DNA of 64,000 nt from an uncultured Bacteroidales bacterium (lineage in GTDB: Bacteria > Bacteroidota > Bacteroidia > Bacteroidales > GCA-2748055), in contig CAWELH010000002.1 of NCBI GenBank assembly GCA_963809925.1, positions 22,077 through 86,076 on the forward strand, given 5' to 3'. Positions 10,308 to 20,952 of this stretch are shown here, piece by piece (positions within the stretch are counted from its first letter, which is position 1; each line of letters begins with the position of its first letter). The notes below the pieces were generated by a model. That model was not told the DNA's origin, ran no database searches, and was given only the letters and a program-made list of their open reading frames with translations. Both the position numbers and the translations under genes were made by a program.

Positions 10308-13300
10308 ATGAAAAAAATTATCATTGCTCTCACAATTACCACTCTGTTTCTTTCTTCGTCTATTGCACAACAATCCGGAGATCCGTTTAACTGGACCGAA
10401 CCCATTGTAATTCCCAACAGCATTTATGTATTATGGAGCGGAGGAGCGTACTCTGATTCGCTTAAATCCATGCTGGACGTTTATTTTAGTGCCACTGGCG
10501 GCCATACGATACATACTCTCAGGGAAGATTCCCTTGATCTTCCTGTCGGAGGAAATCATAAGCTGGACCTTGCTGTTGCCGATCTCGATAATAACGGTAC
10601 CGATGAACTGATCGCTACATGGGAAGGCAAAGATTCCTCCCTCATGGCTTATATTATCGCACCAAATTTAAAAATGAAAATTCCGGTTGAAGGAAAACTG
10701 ATCCAGGGTTTTGGAGAACAACACCAGAATTTTGTTGTGCCTGGTGATTACGATGGGGACCATCAGGATGAATTTGTTATCGCCTTCATTGATGAGAATA
10801 AAAAAATTAATCTTATGCTTTATGATACGGATGGCACGGTAAATCCAGAATTGAAATCCGCTGTCCATGACGAAGATTTGTCAGGCAACCCATTGTCATC
10901 CACCAGGTTTCAAATTATCTCCGGAGATTTCAATAATGACGGAGATGATGAAATTGCTGTTTTGAGTTACGATGAAGACAATGACCCGACCTTTGAGCGG
11001 GGATTGTATGTAAAAATATATGATGTTGTGGGAGGCGTTATCACACCAAAAGTGAAAAATGTTGTCATACCGGAGACCGTCCTTACGAATTCTTCAGAGG
11101 TACAATTAAATGAAATCGCTATTGCGGCTTCTGCAGTTCCGGGTTACGGGAATCAGCAGGATTTAATAGCCATAGCGGTGACCAGCCTTCATAGTGATAA
11201 CCCGAATGTTAAGGATACATATCTGCAGCTCGTAAAAACCGGATCTGGATTGAACAGCCTGATTTTCGATGAAAACAAACAGCAATCAAAACATTATAAT
11301 TCCAACTACATCCCTTCTGTATCGCTGGTTGCCGGAGATATCGATGGTGACGGAGCTTCCGAACTCATCTTTGCAAGGTCAGGCGTCTTCGACATTTACC
11401 TTACCGACACAGACTTAAATCTGACCAAAGAGAACGGCGGAAATGTCCAGACCAGCAATAATGGTGAAGATCTCCATGAAAGTTATGACTTCATCCAAAT
11501 GTGCAACATGGATGATATGCCAGGCGAAGAACTGGTTGTCCTTAAAAATCTATACAATAAAGATATTGAAAATCCCTATCCACAAGGCTTTTCGATAAGT
11601 GTATTTGGCGACACCACCGAAACCCTCAATAGTTTCGGTTTAAAATCGTCAGCAAAAGAGTTGAATGAGATTTCCAATAAATGGCCAATACGAACCTATG
11701 CCCTTGCAGTTGGAGATTTTGGAAATTCGAAAGTGACGATACAGGCACCTCGTTATTCCCACCGGACCGCAATCAGTCAGCCCATCGTAGTGCTGAACGC
11801 CCCGCCGGTACATTTTGACGTTTTCGGCAATGATATCTACGACATCAACACCTGTTATACGAATGCCTCATGTGATTTCATCTCAACCTATAGCAAGACA
11901 GTTTCCAGCACTTCGGAACTGACCACTGAGATCAAGGGTTCCTGGGATGCCTCGGGTGGCGTTGCAAGGGAGGGGTCCATCGGTGTGGGTGCTGAGGTAT
12001 CCGCAGAGCCTTTTGGTGTTGGGGCTTCTGTTTCAACCACTTACTCGGAAAATTTTGAGTATCATCTTCTTTTAAATTACGGAGAGTTTTTTGAAAACAC
12101 GAATACAAACATCGACAAGCAGACAATAACGCTTCAAGTATCGGCAATCGAAGATGATCAGATATTTTCCTCGATCACCGATTATGATATCTGGGAATAC
12201 CCTTACTTTATCGGGAACAGTAATGAGGAGTCAGGGGTCATCGTAACGGCTAAGCCTACAAAATCAGAAGCAAGGTGGTTTCCGAGCAAGAGTGTGAGCG
12301 GATATTCCTACCAGCCAATTCATGAACCGGGAAATATTCTCTCCTATTTTAAATATGACAGTATAAACAAAAATCCAACCATTTTTCAGGAGATTCAGCC
12401 TCTGAGCGCTATTTCAACTCCTTCCGTTACGCTGAGTGCCAATTCATCATTACACTGGGAACTGACAAAAAACAACTTCAGTTCGAATAATGCCTATGAG
12501 GGAATAAGGTTTGGCCTTGATGCGGGAGCCATGGGATTTGGCTTTAAAGCGGCATACAATCAAAGTGACTCACATATCCATAACTATACCACCTCCATCT
12601 CAGATGAGTTAAAATTAACGGTGGATATAGGAGGCATTGACCGGTCGATTGGTCCGACTGAATACAGAATTACACCCTACGCATATTGGTCAAAGCAGGG
12701 TGCATTGGTTATCGACTACAGTGTAGAGCCGGAAGTTGATCTTCAGGGAGGATCCACCTGGTGGCAGGAAATGTACGGCAATCATTCCGATCCGACCATG
12801 ATCCTCCCCTGGCGGTTGGATCCTGAAAAGGGTTTTGCCATCACCAGTGAATCCAAACGACAGCAAACGAGAGATATTGTATTGAGTCCGACCTACCTTT
12901 CGCCAGGAGATACGGCAGTCATTACTGCCAACATCAGAAATTTCAGCCTTCTCAATACCCCTACCCCGGTCAAAGCGAAGTTTTATTATGGAGATCCGTC
13001 AACGGATGGTGTGCTGATTTCTGATGTAAACGGGAACTCTGAATTTATGACCAATGGTATCGTGCCCTCCAGAGGTGTAAAGTCTATCAGTTTAGTATGG
13101 GTCATGCCGTTAGACCTGACCCATTCCCGTCTGTATATGGTCCTTGATCCGGATAACAGCATCGAAGAAGTACATGAAAACAACAATGTCGGCTGGATCT
13201 CACTCCAGGGCGGTGATGAAACCGACATCATTGATTATCCTGCCGAAGCATCCGGAGGCCTTAAACTTTACCAGAACTATCCCAATCCCCTGAACGGAAC

Positions 13301-13520
13301 CGGAAACATAGATTACTTTCTGAACCACCGGGATGTCATCACTCTTCGCGTATACGACATGACAGGCAAATTGCTGAATAGCTATGAGCAGGGAACCGTT
13401 GAACCCGGTGTACACAGCATCGAGATAGACGGCAGGAATTTCAAAGCCGGAGTATATTATTATATCCTTCAGGGTCGTGTTTCAGGAAGCAAATCACAAA
13501 AAATGATGGTGATTCACTGA
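10308..13520 (+). CDS. Large secreted FG-GAP/VCBS-repeat protein with a CARDB-like domain and a T9SS C-terminal sorting domain
   Basis: I take ATG 10308 as the start ('MKKIIIALTITTLFLSSSIAQ' is a signal peptide; the track start at 10248 is GTG). Repeated 'DLDNNGTDELIA', 'GDYDGDHQDEFV', 'GDFNNDGDDEIAV' and 'GDIDGDGASELIF' are FG-GAP-like calcium-binding motifs. 'LDPDNSIEEVHENNN' is CARDB-like. The protein ends with 'LYQNYPNPL...GVYYYIL'. Confidence 0.75.
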   Translation: MKKIIIALTITTLFLSSSIAQQSGDPFNWTEPIVIPNSIYVLWSGGAYSDSLKSMLDVYFSATGGHTIHTLREDSLDLPVGGNHKLDLAVADLDNNGTDELIATWEGKDSSLMAYIIAPNLKMKIPVEGKLIQGFGEQHQNFVVPGDYDGDHQDEFVIAFIDENKKINLMLYDTDGTVNPELKSAVHDEDLSGNPLSSTRFQIISGDFNNDGDDEIAVLSYDEDNDPTFERGLYVKIYDVVGGVITPKVKNVVIPETVLTNSSEVQLNEIAIAASAVPGYGNQQDLIAIAVTSLHSDNPNVKDTYLQLVKTGSGLNSLIFDENKQQSKHYNSNYIPSVSLVAGDIDGDGASELIFARSGVFDIYLTDTDLNLTKENGGNVQTSNNGEDLHESYDFIQMCNMDDMPGEELVVLKNLYNKDIENPYPQGFSISVFGDTTETLNSFGLKSSAKELNEISNKWPIRTYALAVGDFGNSKVTIQAPRYSHRTAISQPIVVLNAPPVHFDVFGNDIYDINTCYTNASCDFISTYSKTVSSTSELTTEIKGSWDASGGVAREGSIGVGAEVSAEPFGVGASVSTTYSENFEYHLLLNYGEFFENTNTNIDKQTITLQVSAIEDDQIFSSITDYDIWEYPYFIGNSNEESGVIVTAKPTKSEARWFPSKSVSGYSYQPIHEPGNILSYFKYDSINKNPTIFQEIQPLSAISTPSVTLSANSSLHWELTKNNFSSNNAYEGIRFGLDAGAMGFGFKAAYNQSDSHIHNYTTSISDELKLTVDIGGIDRSIGPTEYRITPYAYWSKQGALVIDYSVEPEVDLQGGSTWWQEMYGNHSDPTMILPWRLDPEKGFAITSESKRQQTRDIVLSPTYLSPGDTAVITANIRNFSLLNTPTPVKAKFYYGDPSTDGVLISDVNGNSEFMTNGIVPSRGVKSISLVWVMPLDLTHSRLYMVLDPDNSIEEVHENNNVGWISLQGGDETDIIDYPAEASGGLKLYQNYPNPLNGTGNIDYFLNHRDVITLRVYDMTGKLLNSYEQGTVEPGVHSIEIDGRNFKAGVYYYILQGRVSGSKSQKMMVIH

Positions 13521-13615
13521 TCGTATAGGTCAGTTTAAATCTTCCTGGTTTTTGTCCATCGTTAAAGGAAACCATAACCTTGATCCTTTATGCACATGGC
13601 CGAAGAAGTATGTTC

Positions 13616-13639
13616 CATGCACCTGTTACCTGGTGCATG
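13616..13639 (+). terminator. Possible intrinsic terminator downstream of the FG-GAP gene
   Basis: An 8-bp stem CATGCACC / GGTGCATG with an 8-nt loop is followed by the T-rich 'TATACAATTCTTCTTT'. There is no clean U-tract. Confidence 0.3.
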
Positions 13640-13921
13640 TATACAATTCTTCTTTAGTCCTGAAAGCCTTAATCCATGACCATATCATTACCTGGTCCCT
13701 TTGCTTTACCGTATCTCCGAATTTACTACTGCCCGGAACAGGGGCTATTCACCTCTTTACCCAGCCTTAAAATACGTGACAAATGAAGATTTATAATCCG
13801 GATTCGTTAAATTTAAACCGCGATTTCACCTTCCTCCACAAAATTTGATAATTTCTGGTTGTGAGGGTCTGGATTGAAGGCACGGGATCATTGCGCATAT
13901 TTAATAATACACAAAGCAACG

Positions 13922-14743
13922 ATGAGAAAACTCCTCAGAATTCTTAAAAGGATTTGGTTTCTGAATTTTATGCGGCGACTATTTATTGCCTCACGATATT
14001 TCAATAATAAATACATCCAGATAATTAAATGGGGGTTCTATTCGAGGGAAGACACCAATTTCACTTACGATCTTACTCAGGTTAACATCGAATACCTGGC
14101 GCAAACAATCTCACTGGTGACTGGAGAATCCTATGCCGGGATCATGAAATATTTCGATGAGATCAGCTCGGATGACAATCTGAAAGAAACGGTACTCAGC
14201 GCCATTGAATCCTCAGAACAGAAAAAATTTGCGGATAAGGCGGTTCGACTAGGCAGGCGGCTGGGTTGGTATGCAGTAGCCAGGGCCATAAAACCCCGCG
14301 TTATTATTGAAACCGGTGTGGACAAGGGCTTGGGTTCAGTGGTGCTGTGCGCTGCACTTCTGAAAAACAAAGCTGAAGGTTTTGAAGGCAGGTATTACGG
14401 AACCGATATAAATCCTGACGCAGGGTACTTCCTGACCGGGAAGTACAGAGAAACCGGAGAGATTTTGTATGGTGATTCCATTAAAAGCCTGTCAGCGTTT
14501 AAAGAAACCATCGACTTGTTTATCAACGACAGTGATCATTCTGCTGAATACGAGTACCAGGAATACCAGACAATAAAACCGCTTATATCAAACAAGACCA
14601 TTATCCTGGGTGACAACTCCCATTGCACAGATAAATTATCGGTATTCTCACGTGAAACCGGAAGGGACTTCCTGTTCTTTCAGGAAAAGCCTCTAAACCA
14701 CTGGTATCCGGGAGCAGGTATTGGCATTTCATTCAAACCATGA
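13922..14743 (+). CDS. Class I SAM-dependent methyltransferase (Methyltransf_24-like)
   Basis: 'VIIETGVDKGLGSVVL' resembles SAM-binding motif I, followed by 'YGTDINPDA' and 'LFINDSDHS'. I prefer ATG 13922 over the TTG at 13874. Confidence 0.5.
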   Translation: MRKLLRILKRIWFLNFMRRLFIASRYFNNKYIQIIKWGFYSREDTNFTYDLTQVNIEYLAQTISLVTGESYAGIMKYFDEISSDDNLKETVLSAIESSEQKKFADKAVRLGRRLGWYAVARAIKPRVIIETGVDKGLGSVVLCAALLKNKAEGFEGRYYGTDINPDAGYFLTGKYRETGEILYGDSIKSLSAFKETIDLFINDSDHSAEYEYQEYQTIKPLISNKTIILGDNSHCTDKLSVFSRETGRDFLFFQEKPLNHWYPGAGIGISFKP

Positions 14744-14860
14744 CCGGCTTGCCTCCCTCTTTTTTCGCCAATTTCCAATAAATAAAAATTATCTTGAACC
14801 ATCAGTGATCTGAATTGTTGCGTTAGTAGACTATAGTACAATATCTTAACTCTGATTGAA

Positions 14861-15532
14861 ATGTTTATTGGTCATTTTGGTGTTGGTTTTGGAGCGAAAA
14901 AAGCGGAACCTGCCATTTCGCTTGGAATGCTATTTTTAGCCGCTCAATTTCTTGATTTACTCTGGCCTACTTTTCTTCTGCTTGGATGGGAACATGTTAA
15001 AATCCAACCGGGGATTACGGCGATGGCACCTTTAAATTTTACGGATTATCCCCTCTCACACAGTCTGCTGATGGCGTGTATATGGGCTTTGCTTTTCGGA
15101 GGCGTTTATTACCTGTTAAAACGAAATGGAAGAGGAGCCCTGATACTGGGATTACTCGTACTGAGTCACTGGGTACTTGATCTGCTGGTCCATATAAAAG
15201 ATCTACCTCTTTTCATGGGAAATTCACCACTTCTTGGATTCGGGCTATGGAATTACAAAGCCATCGCCATCATTGTTGAAGGTTTATTTTTTATCGTAGG
15301 ACTGGGCTTTTATTTGCAGTGTACCAAAGCCAAAAATAAAGTTGGCAGCTATGCATTTTGGATCATGACAACGTTGCTGGTTCTCATCCATGTCACCAAT
15401 ATTATTGGCCCGCCTCCACCAAGTGTAAAAGCCATCGCCTGGGCAGGAGAGCTACAGTGGCTCTTCGTGATTTGGGCTTTCTGGGTGGATAAGAACCGGG
15501 CTGTAAGGTCTGCACATTTGAAAGATTCTTAA
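14861..15532 (+). CDS. Polytopic membrane protein (YdjM/DUF457-like, putative membrane-bound metal-dependent hydrolase)
   Basis: It starts 'MFIGHFGVGFG', has about six hydrophobic helices, and conserved His residues lie at helix ends ('SHSLL', 'LSHWVLDLLVH'). Confidence 0.45.
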   Translation: MFIGHFGVGFGAKKAEPAISLGMLFLAAQFLDLLWPTFLLLGWEHVKIQPGITAMAPLNFTDYPLSHSLLMACIWALLFGGVYYLLKRNGRGALILGLLVLSHWVLDLLVHIKDLPLFMGNSPLLGFGLWNYKAIAIIVEGLFFIVGLGFYLQCTKAKNKVGSYAFWIMTTLLVLIHVTNIIGPPPPSVKAIAWAGELQWLFVIWAFWVDKNRAVRSAHLKDS

Positions 15533-15621
15533 ATTGCCATTCGGTCATCAGGCAAGGTGCCGACGCGCCTCAAATTTTCGAACCTGTGAAAGTAACAGAG
15601 TACAGGAATAAGCAGAGAGAT

Positions 15622-15984
15622 ATGACGAAGTTGCAATGGATAAATCTTGGATTGAGAGGCATTATGGAGACTGGCATTATCCTGGCGTTCGCTTACTGGG
15701 GTTATCATGCCGGGGAGAGCACTACACTCAGAATCATATTTGCCATATTGGTACCTGCCGCAGGTTTTGGGTTTTGGGGAGCCGTTGATTTTCATAAGAC
15801 AGGCAGGATGGCAGAGATCCTGAGACTTGTCCAGGAACTGTTCATAAGCGGACTTGCCGCTGTCATGCTCTTTTTTGCGGGTCAACATACGGCAGCATGG
15901 ATACTGGGGACTGTTTCTGTGGTACACCACACCTTATTGTATCTGAACGGAGACAGGCTTCAAAAAAAGACCAGGAATGAATAA
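15622..15984 (+). CDS. Small four-helix membrane protein (DUF2568/YrdB-like)
   Basis: 'INLGLRGIMETGIILAFAYWGYH' and a second 'GFGFWGAVDF' helix pair match the family pattern. ATG 15622 is preferred over GTG 15586. Confidence 0.45.
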   Translation: MTKLQWINLGLRGIMETGIILAFAYWGYHAGESTTLRIIFAILVPAAGFGFWGAVDFHKTGRMAEILRLVQELFISGLAAVMLFFAGQHTAAWILGTVSVVHHTLLYLNGDRLQKKTRNE

Positions 15985-16533
15985 GGATGTCTGATACAAG
16001 CTATTGTAAACGAATTTTTTTCAGACAGAACACAGTAATCTGAGGGTTTTTTCCAGAAATTCCATAAATTTACTAAATGTGTCAGGTGCTTTGACCAGAA
16101 CCGAAAATTGAGTACATCTTCCACCTAAACATTATGAAGCGAATCAAAATAGGCTGAAATTTTTAGTATTAGGGCGCATCTGCGGTTTCCTTATATTCTG
16201 AAAGCCAGCAGTGTCATCAATGGCTTAAATGGGTAGTTTCAGCCAGATCAACCTTTTTCCGCCATTGTCGACAAGGCTGAATTCAGTGCATTGCCCAAAG
16301 AACAAGAAGCTGCATACGGCTGTTTTGTATTTAGACAGGTACATATCAAAAACGGGGAAAGTACCTTCGCGTGGTATCTGAAAATAATTAGCAGTAGTTA
16401 CAAATCTCCAATTAAACTCATTTTTAGATTCCCAGGGTTGAATAAAACATTTAGTTACTGACACAGGTGTACTCCTGACAATTTTTAACCGGGAATCTTA
16501 CCGGTTTGCAAAGAGAATAAAATACATGAAATC

Positions 16534-17127
16534 ATGGGACTAACGATTCATTACAGCGGCAGTTTCTGGGAAAAAGCATCACTTGAGGAGATGATCCTCG
16601 AAGTAAAAGATATTGCCGATGCAAACCACTGGAAATATCACATATTCAACCGGCATTTTCCAGAGAAAAACGTAGCGGAGCCAAAAGATGGTTCTGAATT
16701 ATACGGCATAGTACTATATCCTGAAAACAGTGAACCGTTATTCCTCACTTTCCTGTCCAACAGAAGAATGGCCAGTCCTGATGTTCTCCAGGCATTTAAG
16801 AAGCCCGCGAAACATCCTGAGGGAGAATATGCCTATATGCTCTTTGTGAAAACCCAATATGCCGGTATCGAAACGCATAGACTGATCATCAATCTCCTGC
16901 GGCACCTTGATAAAAAATATTTTGCCGATTTCAGGGTCAAGGACGAGGGTAAATTTTGGGAGACCAATGATCCTGAAATCCTTGAAAAAGAATTCAGACT
17001 ATATATCAATCTGACCGACGATCTGGGCATTTCTATGGATAGCATACCGCGTAAGGAAGGGGAATCTCATGAAGACTACTTTCTGAGGCTGGCAAGGATC
17101 ATCAAACCGGAAAAGAATGATGACTGA
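16534..17127 (+). CDS. Hypothetical cytoplasmic protein
   Basis: It is a clean 197-codon ORF with ordinary composition and an ATG start. I recognise no motif. Confidence 0.5.
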   Translation: MGLTIHYSGSFWEKASLEEMILEVKDIADANHWKYHIFNRHFPEKNVAEPKDGSELYGIVLYPENSEPLFLTFLSNRRMASPDVLQAFKKPAKHPEGEYAYMLFVKTQYAGIETHRLIINLLRHLDKKYFADFRVKDEGKFWETNDPEILEKEFRLYINLTDDLGISMDSIPRKEGESHEDYFLRLARIIKPEKNDD

Positions 17128-17599
17128 AACCGCAGGGGCATATCATCACATAGCGACGACCTAGATTTTACAAGCATCATCATCCACACGAACAGGATTA
17201 AAAAAAGCGCATGTCCGGGCTGATATTCAGGCATATCTCACATTAAGGGACAATCGGGGGGGAAGGGGTTTGTTTTGCAAATTAATTTCTGATCTCTGCT
17301 TTATAACATGGCAGAGGGAGGCTGAGATTTGTTTTTCTTGCGCATTAAGGGTGGTGGGTGGGATCCCCTACAAATAGGTATATAAGAACAGTATGGTACA
17401 AGCGCAACTTATGAACTATACTATCACCTCGGTAACCAGCCTCCACCGGACAATCATGACAGTTAAGACTTCATATTACTGCATTTCCGTGGGAACAGCC
17501 ATCCTGTTGCTCACTCCAGTCTTATGTGATGATCTGCTCTTTCACGTCTCAGGTTTTCCGTTCCTCCTTTTTCGTTTTTGGATCCTCGCACCTCCTCCA

Positions 17600-19975
17600 T
17601 CACTCATATTTCAATACCGTCGCGGGGTTTCTTTTTGCAGCCATCCAGATATTATAACTGATGGTCAGCAACGCCACGCAGAAAATGATGGCAGTTCCAA
17701 GAAGAAATTCACCGATACTCAGATCGTATTTATTGGCACCCGGCAATTCACGATAAACGTACCAGGCGGCAATCCAGGAAAAGACCATACCCCAAATGAT
17801 CAATCGCATAAACTCCCAGGCAAGCTTAATATATAATCCGAACACCGAAAATCCGACGACCCTGCGGATGCCTATTTCCTTCATCTTGCGTCGGGAATAA
17901 AATACCACAAGTCCGAACAGCCCGATTGAAGATATGATGACAGAAAGCACCGCAAAAAACAGGCAAATATTCCTGAACATATTCCAGGCTTGTGTGGTAC
18001 TATCATGCAGAATCAGGTTCTCAAATTCCTCAAATTCAAACGCATCGGACGGGAAGTATTCCCCTAAAGTCACATTAACGATGTTTCTGGCAGTCTTGTA
18101 CTCGCCCTTACGGTAACGAACACTGTACATTCCTGTAAGGGAAACGGAATCGCTGAGCAGCCTGTAGGTATGCGGTTCAATGGGATTGTGTACCGATTGG
18201 GCTATATAATCGCCAACCACACCAATCACTTCCCGGTCTTTATTCCACTCTTTGACCTTCATACCTACCGGGTTCTCCCACGCAAAAACCCTGACTGCTG
18301 CTTCATTTACAAGGCAATTATTTATATCTGCCGGATATTCTCTTGAGAAACCTCTACCACCGACCACGTTTATCCGGTATGTATCGAAAAAATCATACGT
18401 GACATAGCTGATCCTTATAAATACCTTATCTTCAGGATTGCCGCCCTCCCAGTTCAACTCGTCGCCTCCAGGCAGAATAAAAGGGATGTAATCGGAGAAA
18501 CATGCATTTTCAATTTCAGGATGACTGAGCAACGCCTGACGAATGGGCTCAAAAGACCCCTGCTTATAAGTTTTAATATTGGCCACAAGAAGGTTATCCT
18601 TATCAAAGCCCATGTTCTTTGTGATCATGTAATCAGCCTGTCTGAATACGATGAAACTGACGATGACGAGAAAAAGCGAAATACTGAACTGGGTCGTAAT
18701 AAGGCCTTTCTTAAAGCTGAAGCCATTGTTTTCAATCTGCATAAATCGTTGCTTAAGTGCCCGGGTAGGATTAAACCTCGAGATGACAAATGCGGGGTAA
18801 AGGGCTGAGAAGAATCCGGTGAGTAAAGCAGTCCCGAAAATTATAACGATCAACTGCCGGTTGTTGAAAACCTCTAAACCGAGGTCGTGCCCGAGAATCC
18901 TGGCAAATAACGGAAGCGAATAGTGGGCCAGTGCAAGTCCGGCAAAAGCTGAAAATAGAGTGATAACCAGTGATTCCCCGACATACTGCAGCCAAAGTTC
19001 ACGGACCGTATATCCGACCGTCTTCTTGATACCGATCTCCCTACCCCGTGAGGTGGCGTCTGCTGTCTGAAGGTTAATAAAATTAACCGATGACAAAATG
19101 AGAATTAACAACGCTATGAAAGAAAACAATGACATGCCGATAATCATGTCTGGCTGGTAAAAAGCGTTAAGATGAAGCTTTGACAACGGTCTAAGATAGG
19201 GATAATGATCATGCCTGTAATTTTTCAGCGCATCGTGAATTTTCGAATTCACGTTCTCAAAACTGGCAAAGGGTTTCAGTAATACATAAGTGCTGAAGGA
19301 ATACATCCAGTAGTTATCTTCATACCCCTGCCAGCCTGTGATGAAGGAATAGCTGTTCATTGGTAGCAGGAATTCGGGTCGCCAGTCTGAATTAACCGGA
19401 AGATCATGGTATACGCCAGTCACTTTTACCGGAATTTTATTTTCAAGGAAAAGTACTTTGCCCAGGACTTTGCCCTCCGGAAAGAATTTGTGTGCATCGG
19501 TTTCAGACAAGACAATGGTATTTGGCTCAGTGAGGGCTGTAGAAGGATTTCCTTCCGCAAAGTCAAATGAGAAGATTAAAAAAACTGAAGGGTCACTGAA
19601 ATAACCTCTTTTTAGCAGGATGGCATTTTTCCGGTCGAGAGAAAAATAATATCCGTCGATGTTTTCATCGCCTGCGGTATGGATCACGGCAGTTTGTTCC
19701 ACTTCAGGGAGAGCCGGCAGATCGTGGCGACCCAATGCTGCGGTGACACTACTCGTGTGCTGGATTTTACTTTGGGGAATGTCCATGAAGAGCTGCAGCC
19801 TGTATATTCTGCCGAAGTTTTTATTGTACCTGTCATAGGTAAGATTATGCTGGATATACAAACTGAGAAGAATGAAAGCGGCAAATCCAACGATCAGGTT
19901 GAGCAAGTTAACAGCCGAGAATAACTTGTCGTTCCATTGCCGGCGCAGGAGTATGATGAAAAAGTGGGTTTTCAT
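17600..19975 (-). CDS. ABC transporter permease, MacB/FtsX type (two FtsX modules with large periplasmic domains)
   Basis: The protein is 791 aa. An N-terminal TM is followed by a MacB_PCD-like region. Two four-helix FtsX blocks are present ('REIGIKKTVGYTVRELW' and 'KEIGIRRVVGFSVFGLY'). Confidence 0.85.
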   Translation of the reverse strand: MKTHFFIILLRRQWNDKLFSAVNLLNLIVGFAAFILLSLYIQHNLTYDRYNKNFGRIYRLQLFMDIPQSKIQHTSSVTAALGRHDLPALPEVEQTAVIHTAGDENIDGYYFSLDRKNAILLKRGYFSDPSVFLIFSFDFAEGNPSTALTEPNTIVLSETDAHKFFPEGKVLGKVLFLENKIPVKVTGVYHDLPVNSDWRPEFLLPMNSYSFITGWQGYEDNYWMYSFSTYVLLKPFASFENVNSKIHDALKNYRHDHYPYLRPLSKLHLNAFYQPDMIIGMSLFSFIALLILILSSVNFINLQTADATSRGREIGIKKTVGYTVRELWLQYVGESLVITLFSAFAGLALAHYSLPLFARILGHDLGLEVFNNRQLIVIIFGTALLTGFFSALYPAFVISRFNPTRALKQRFMQIENNGFSFKKGLITTQFSISLFLVIVSFIVFRQADYMITKNMGFDKDNLLVANIKTYKQGSFEPIRQALLSHPEIENACFSDYIPFILPGGDELNWEGGNPEDKVFIRISYVTYDFFDTYRINVVGGRGFSREYPADINNCLVNEAAVRVFAWENPVGMKVKEWNKDREVIGVVGDYIAQSVHNPIEPHTYRLLSDSVSLTGMYSVRYRKGEYKTARNIVNVTLGEYFPSDAFEFEEFENLILHDSTTQAWNMFRNICLFFAVLSVIISSIGLFGLVVFYSRRKMKEIGIRRVVGFSVFGLYIKLAWEFMRLIIWGMVFSWIAAWYVYRELPGANKYDLSIGEFLLGTAIIFCVALLTISYNIWMAAKRNPATVLKYE

Positions 19976-19986
19976 GGCTGTACATT

Positions 19987-20679
19987 TTAAGCTATGGATA
20001 CTGATTGATCCTTTCGTTCCGCGACAACATGACCATCAAAGAGATCTATGATCCGGTGAGCACGTTCTGCATGAGGTTCGGAATGGGTGACCATTACGAT
20101 AGTGGTTCCGGTAGCATTAAGCTGCTCGAGCAACTGCATCACCTGTTCGCCATTCGTGGAGTCGAGATTCCCTGTAGGTTCGTCGGCGAGGATCAATGAG
20201 GGCCTTGAGATCACAGCACGTGCAATGGCGACACGTTGTTGCTGTCCGCCTGAGAGCTGCTGGGGGAAATGATCTCGCCGGTGAAGTATCTGCATCTGCT
20301 CCAGGACCTGCATGACACGCTGTTTTCTTTCTGTCCGACCTACGTGCATCGCCAGAAGCGGAAGTTCAATATTTTCAAATACCGTGAGTTCATCGATCAG
20401 GTTGAAATTTTGAAAAACAAATCCGATCGCGCCTTTCCTGAGCCTTGTCTTTTCCACCTGTCGCAGGGAGGCGGTTGGAATACCGTTAAAAAAGTATTCG
20501 CCGGTATCCGGACTGTCGAGTAACCCTAAAATATTAAGGAGTGTTGATTTACCACAGCCTGACGGGCCCATCACAGCAACAAATTCGCCCGCCCTGATGC
20601 AGATTGAGATATCCCTGACTGCAGTGGTTTCCACAATGTCGGTTTTGAATACCTTTGAAAGTGCACTTGTCTGTATCAT
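19987..20679 (-). CDS. ABC transporter ATP-binding protein (MacB/LolD-like)
   Basis: It has Walker A 'GPSGCGKST', a Q-loop, the signature '[14 protein letters not shown]' and Walker B '[12 protein letters not shown]'. I take ATG 20679 ([11 protein letters not shown]) as the start rather than 20730. Confidence 0.9.
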   Translation of the reverse strand: MIQTSALSKVFKTDIVETTAVRDISICIRAGEFVAVMGPSGCGKSTLLNILGLLDSPDTGEYFFNGIPTASLRQVEKTRLRKGAIGFVFQNFNLIDELTVFENIELPLLAMHVGRTERKQRVMQVLEQMQILHRRDHFPQQLSGGQQQRVAIARAVISRPSLILADEPTGNLDSTNGEQVMQLLEQLNATGTTIVMVTHSEPHAERAHRIIDLFDGHVVAERKDQSVSIA

Positions 20680-20952
20680 TTTTTTCGTTTTTAGGTCAAG
20701 TGCCAAAAATATACCGATAATGCTAATCAATTGAATACATGCGTTTTAATATATAAGCGCAAAAAGAAATTGTAAAATATCCTTACAACCGATCGTAAAT
20801 TATTCTTACATTTGAATCAGTCTCAGGCAGTCCGGCTTACAGTCTTTATTTTTATTTGAATCCTGAGCATTCTTAAACAACCGCCGGAGATTTTGAAATG
20901 GTACAGGTTGTGAGAAAGCGTAAAAAAGTTTGTCAAATTTTATTTGTCATTC

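Noticed and set aside
16225-16464. A 79-codon minus-strand ORF in the 550-bp gap before gene 16534.
   Set aside because: It has a GTG start, no recognisable motif and no supporting context. It could be a real small protein, but I cannot support that from sequence alone.
17393-17836. A 147-codon plus-strand ORF.
   Set aside because: Its 3' half is antisense to the well-supported FtsX permease C-terminus. The 5' half lies in G-rich non-coding DNA, and the composition is not protein-like.
20685-20706. A sigma-54 promoter for the ABC operon, based on the TGGCAC on the minus strand.
   Set aside because: The sequence five nt downstream is CTAAA rather than TTGC. The element would also sit only about 20 nt from the ATG. 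This is not enough to call.
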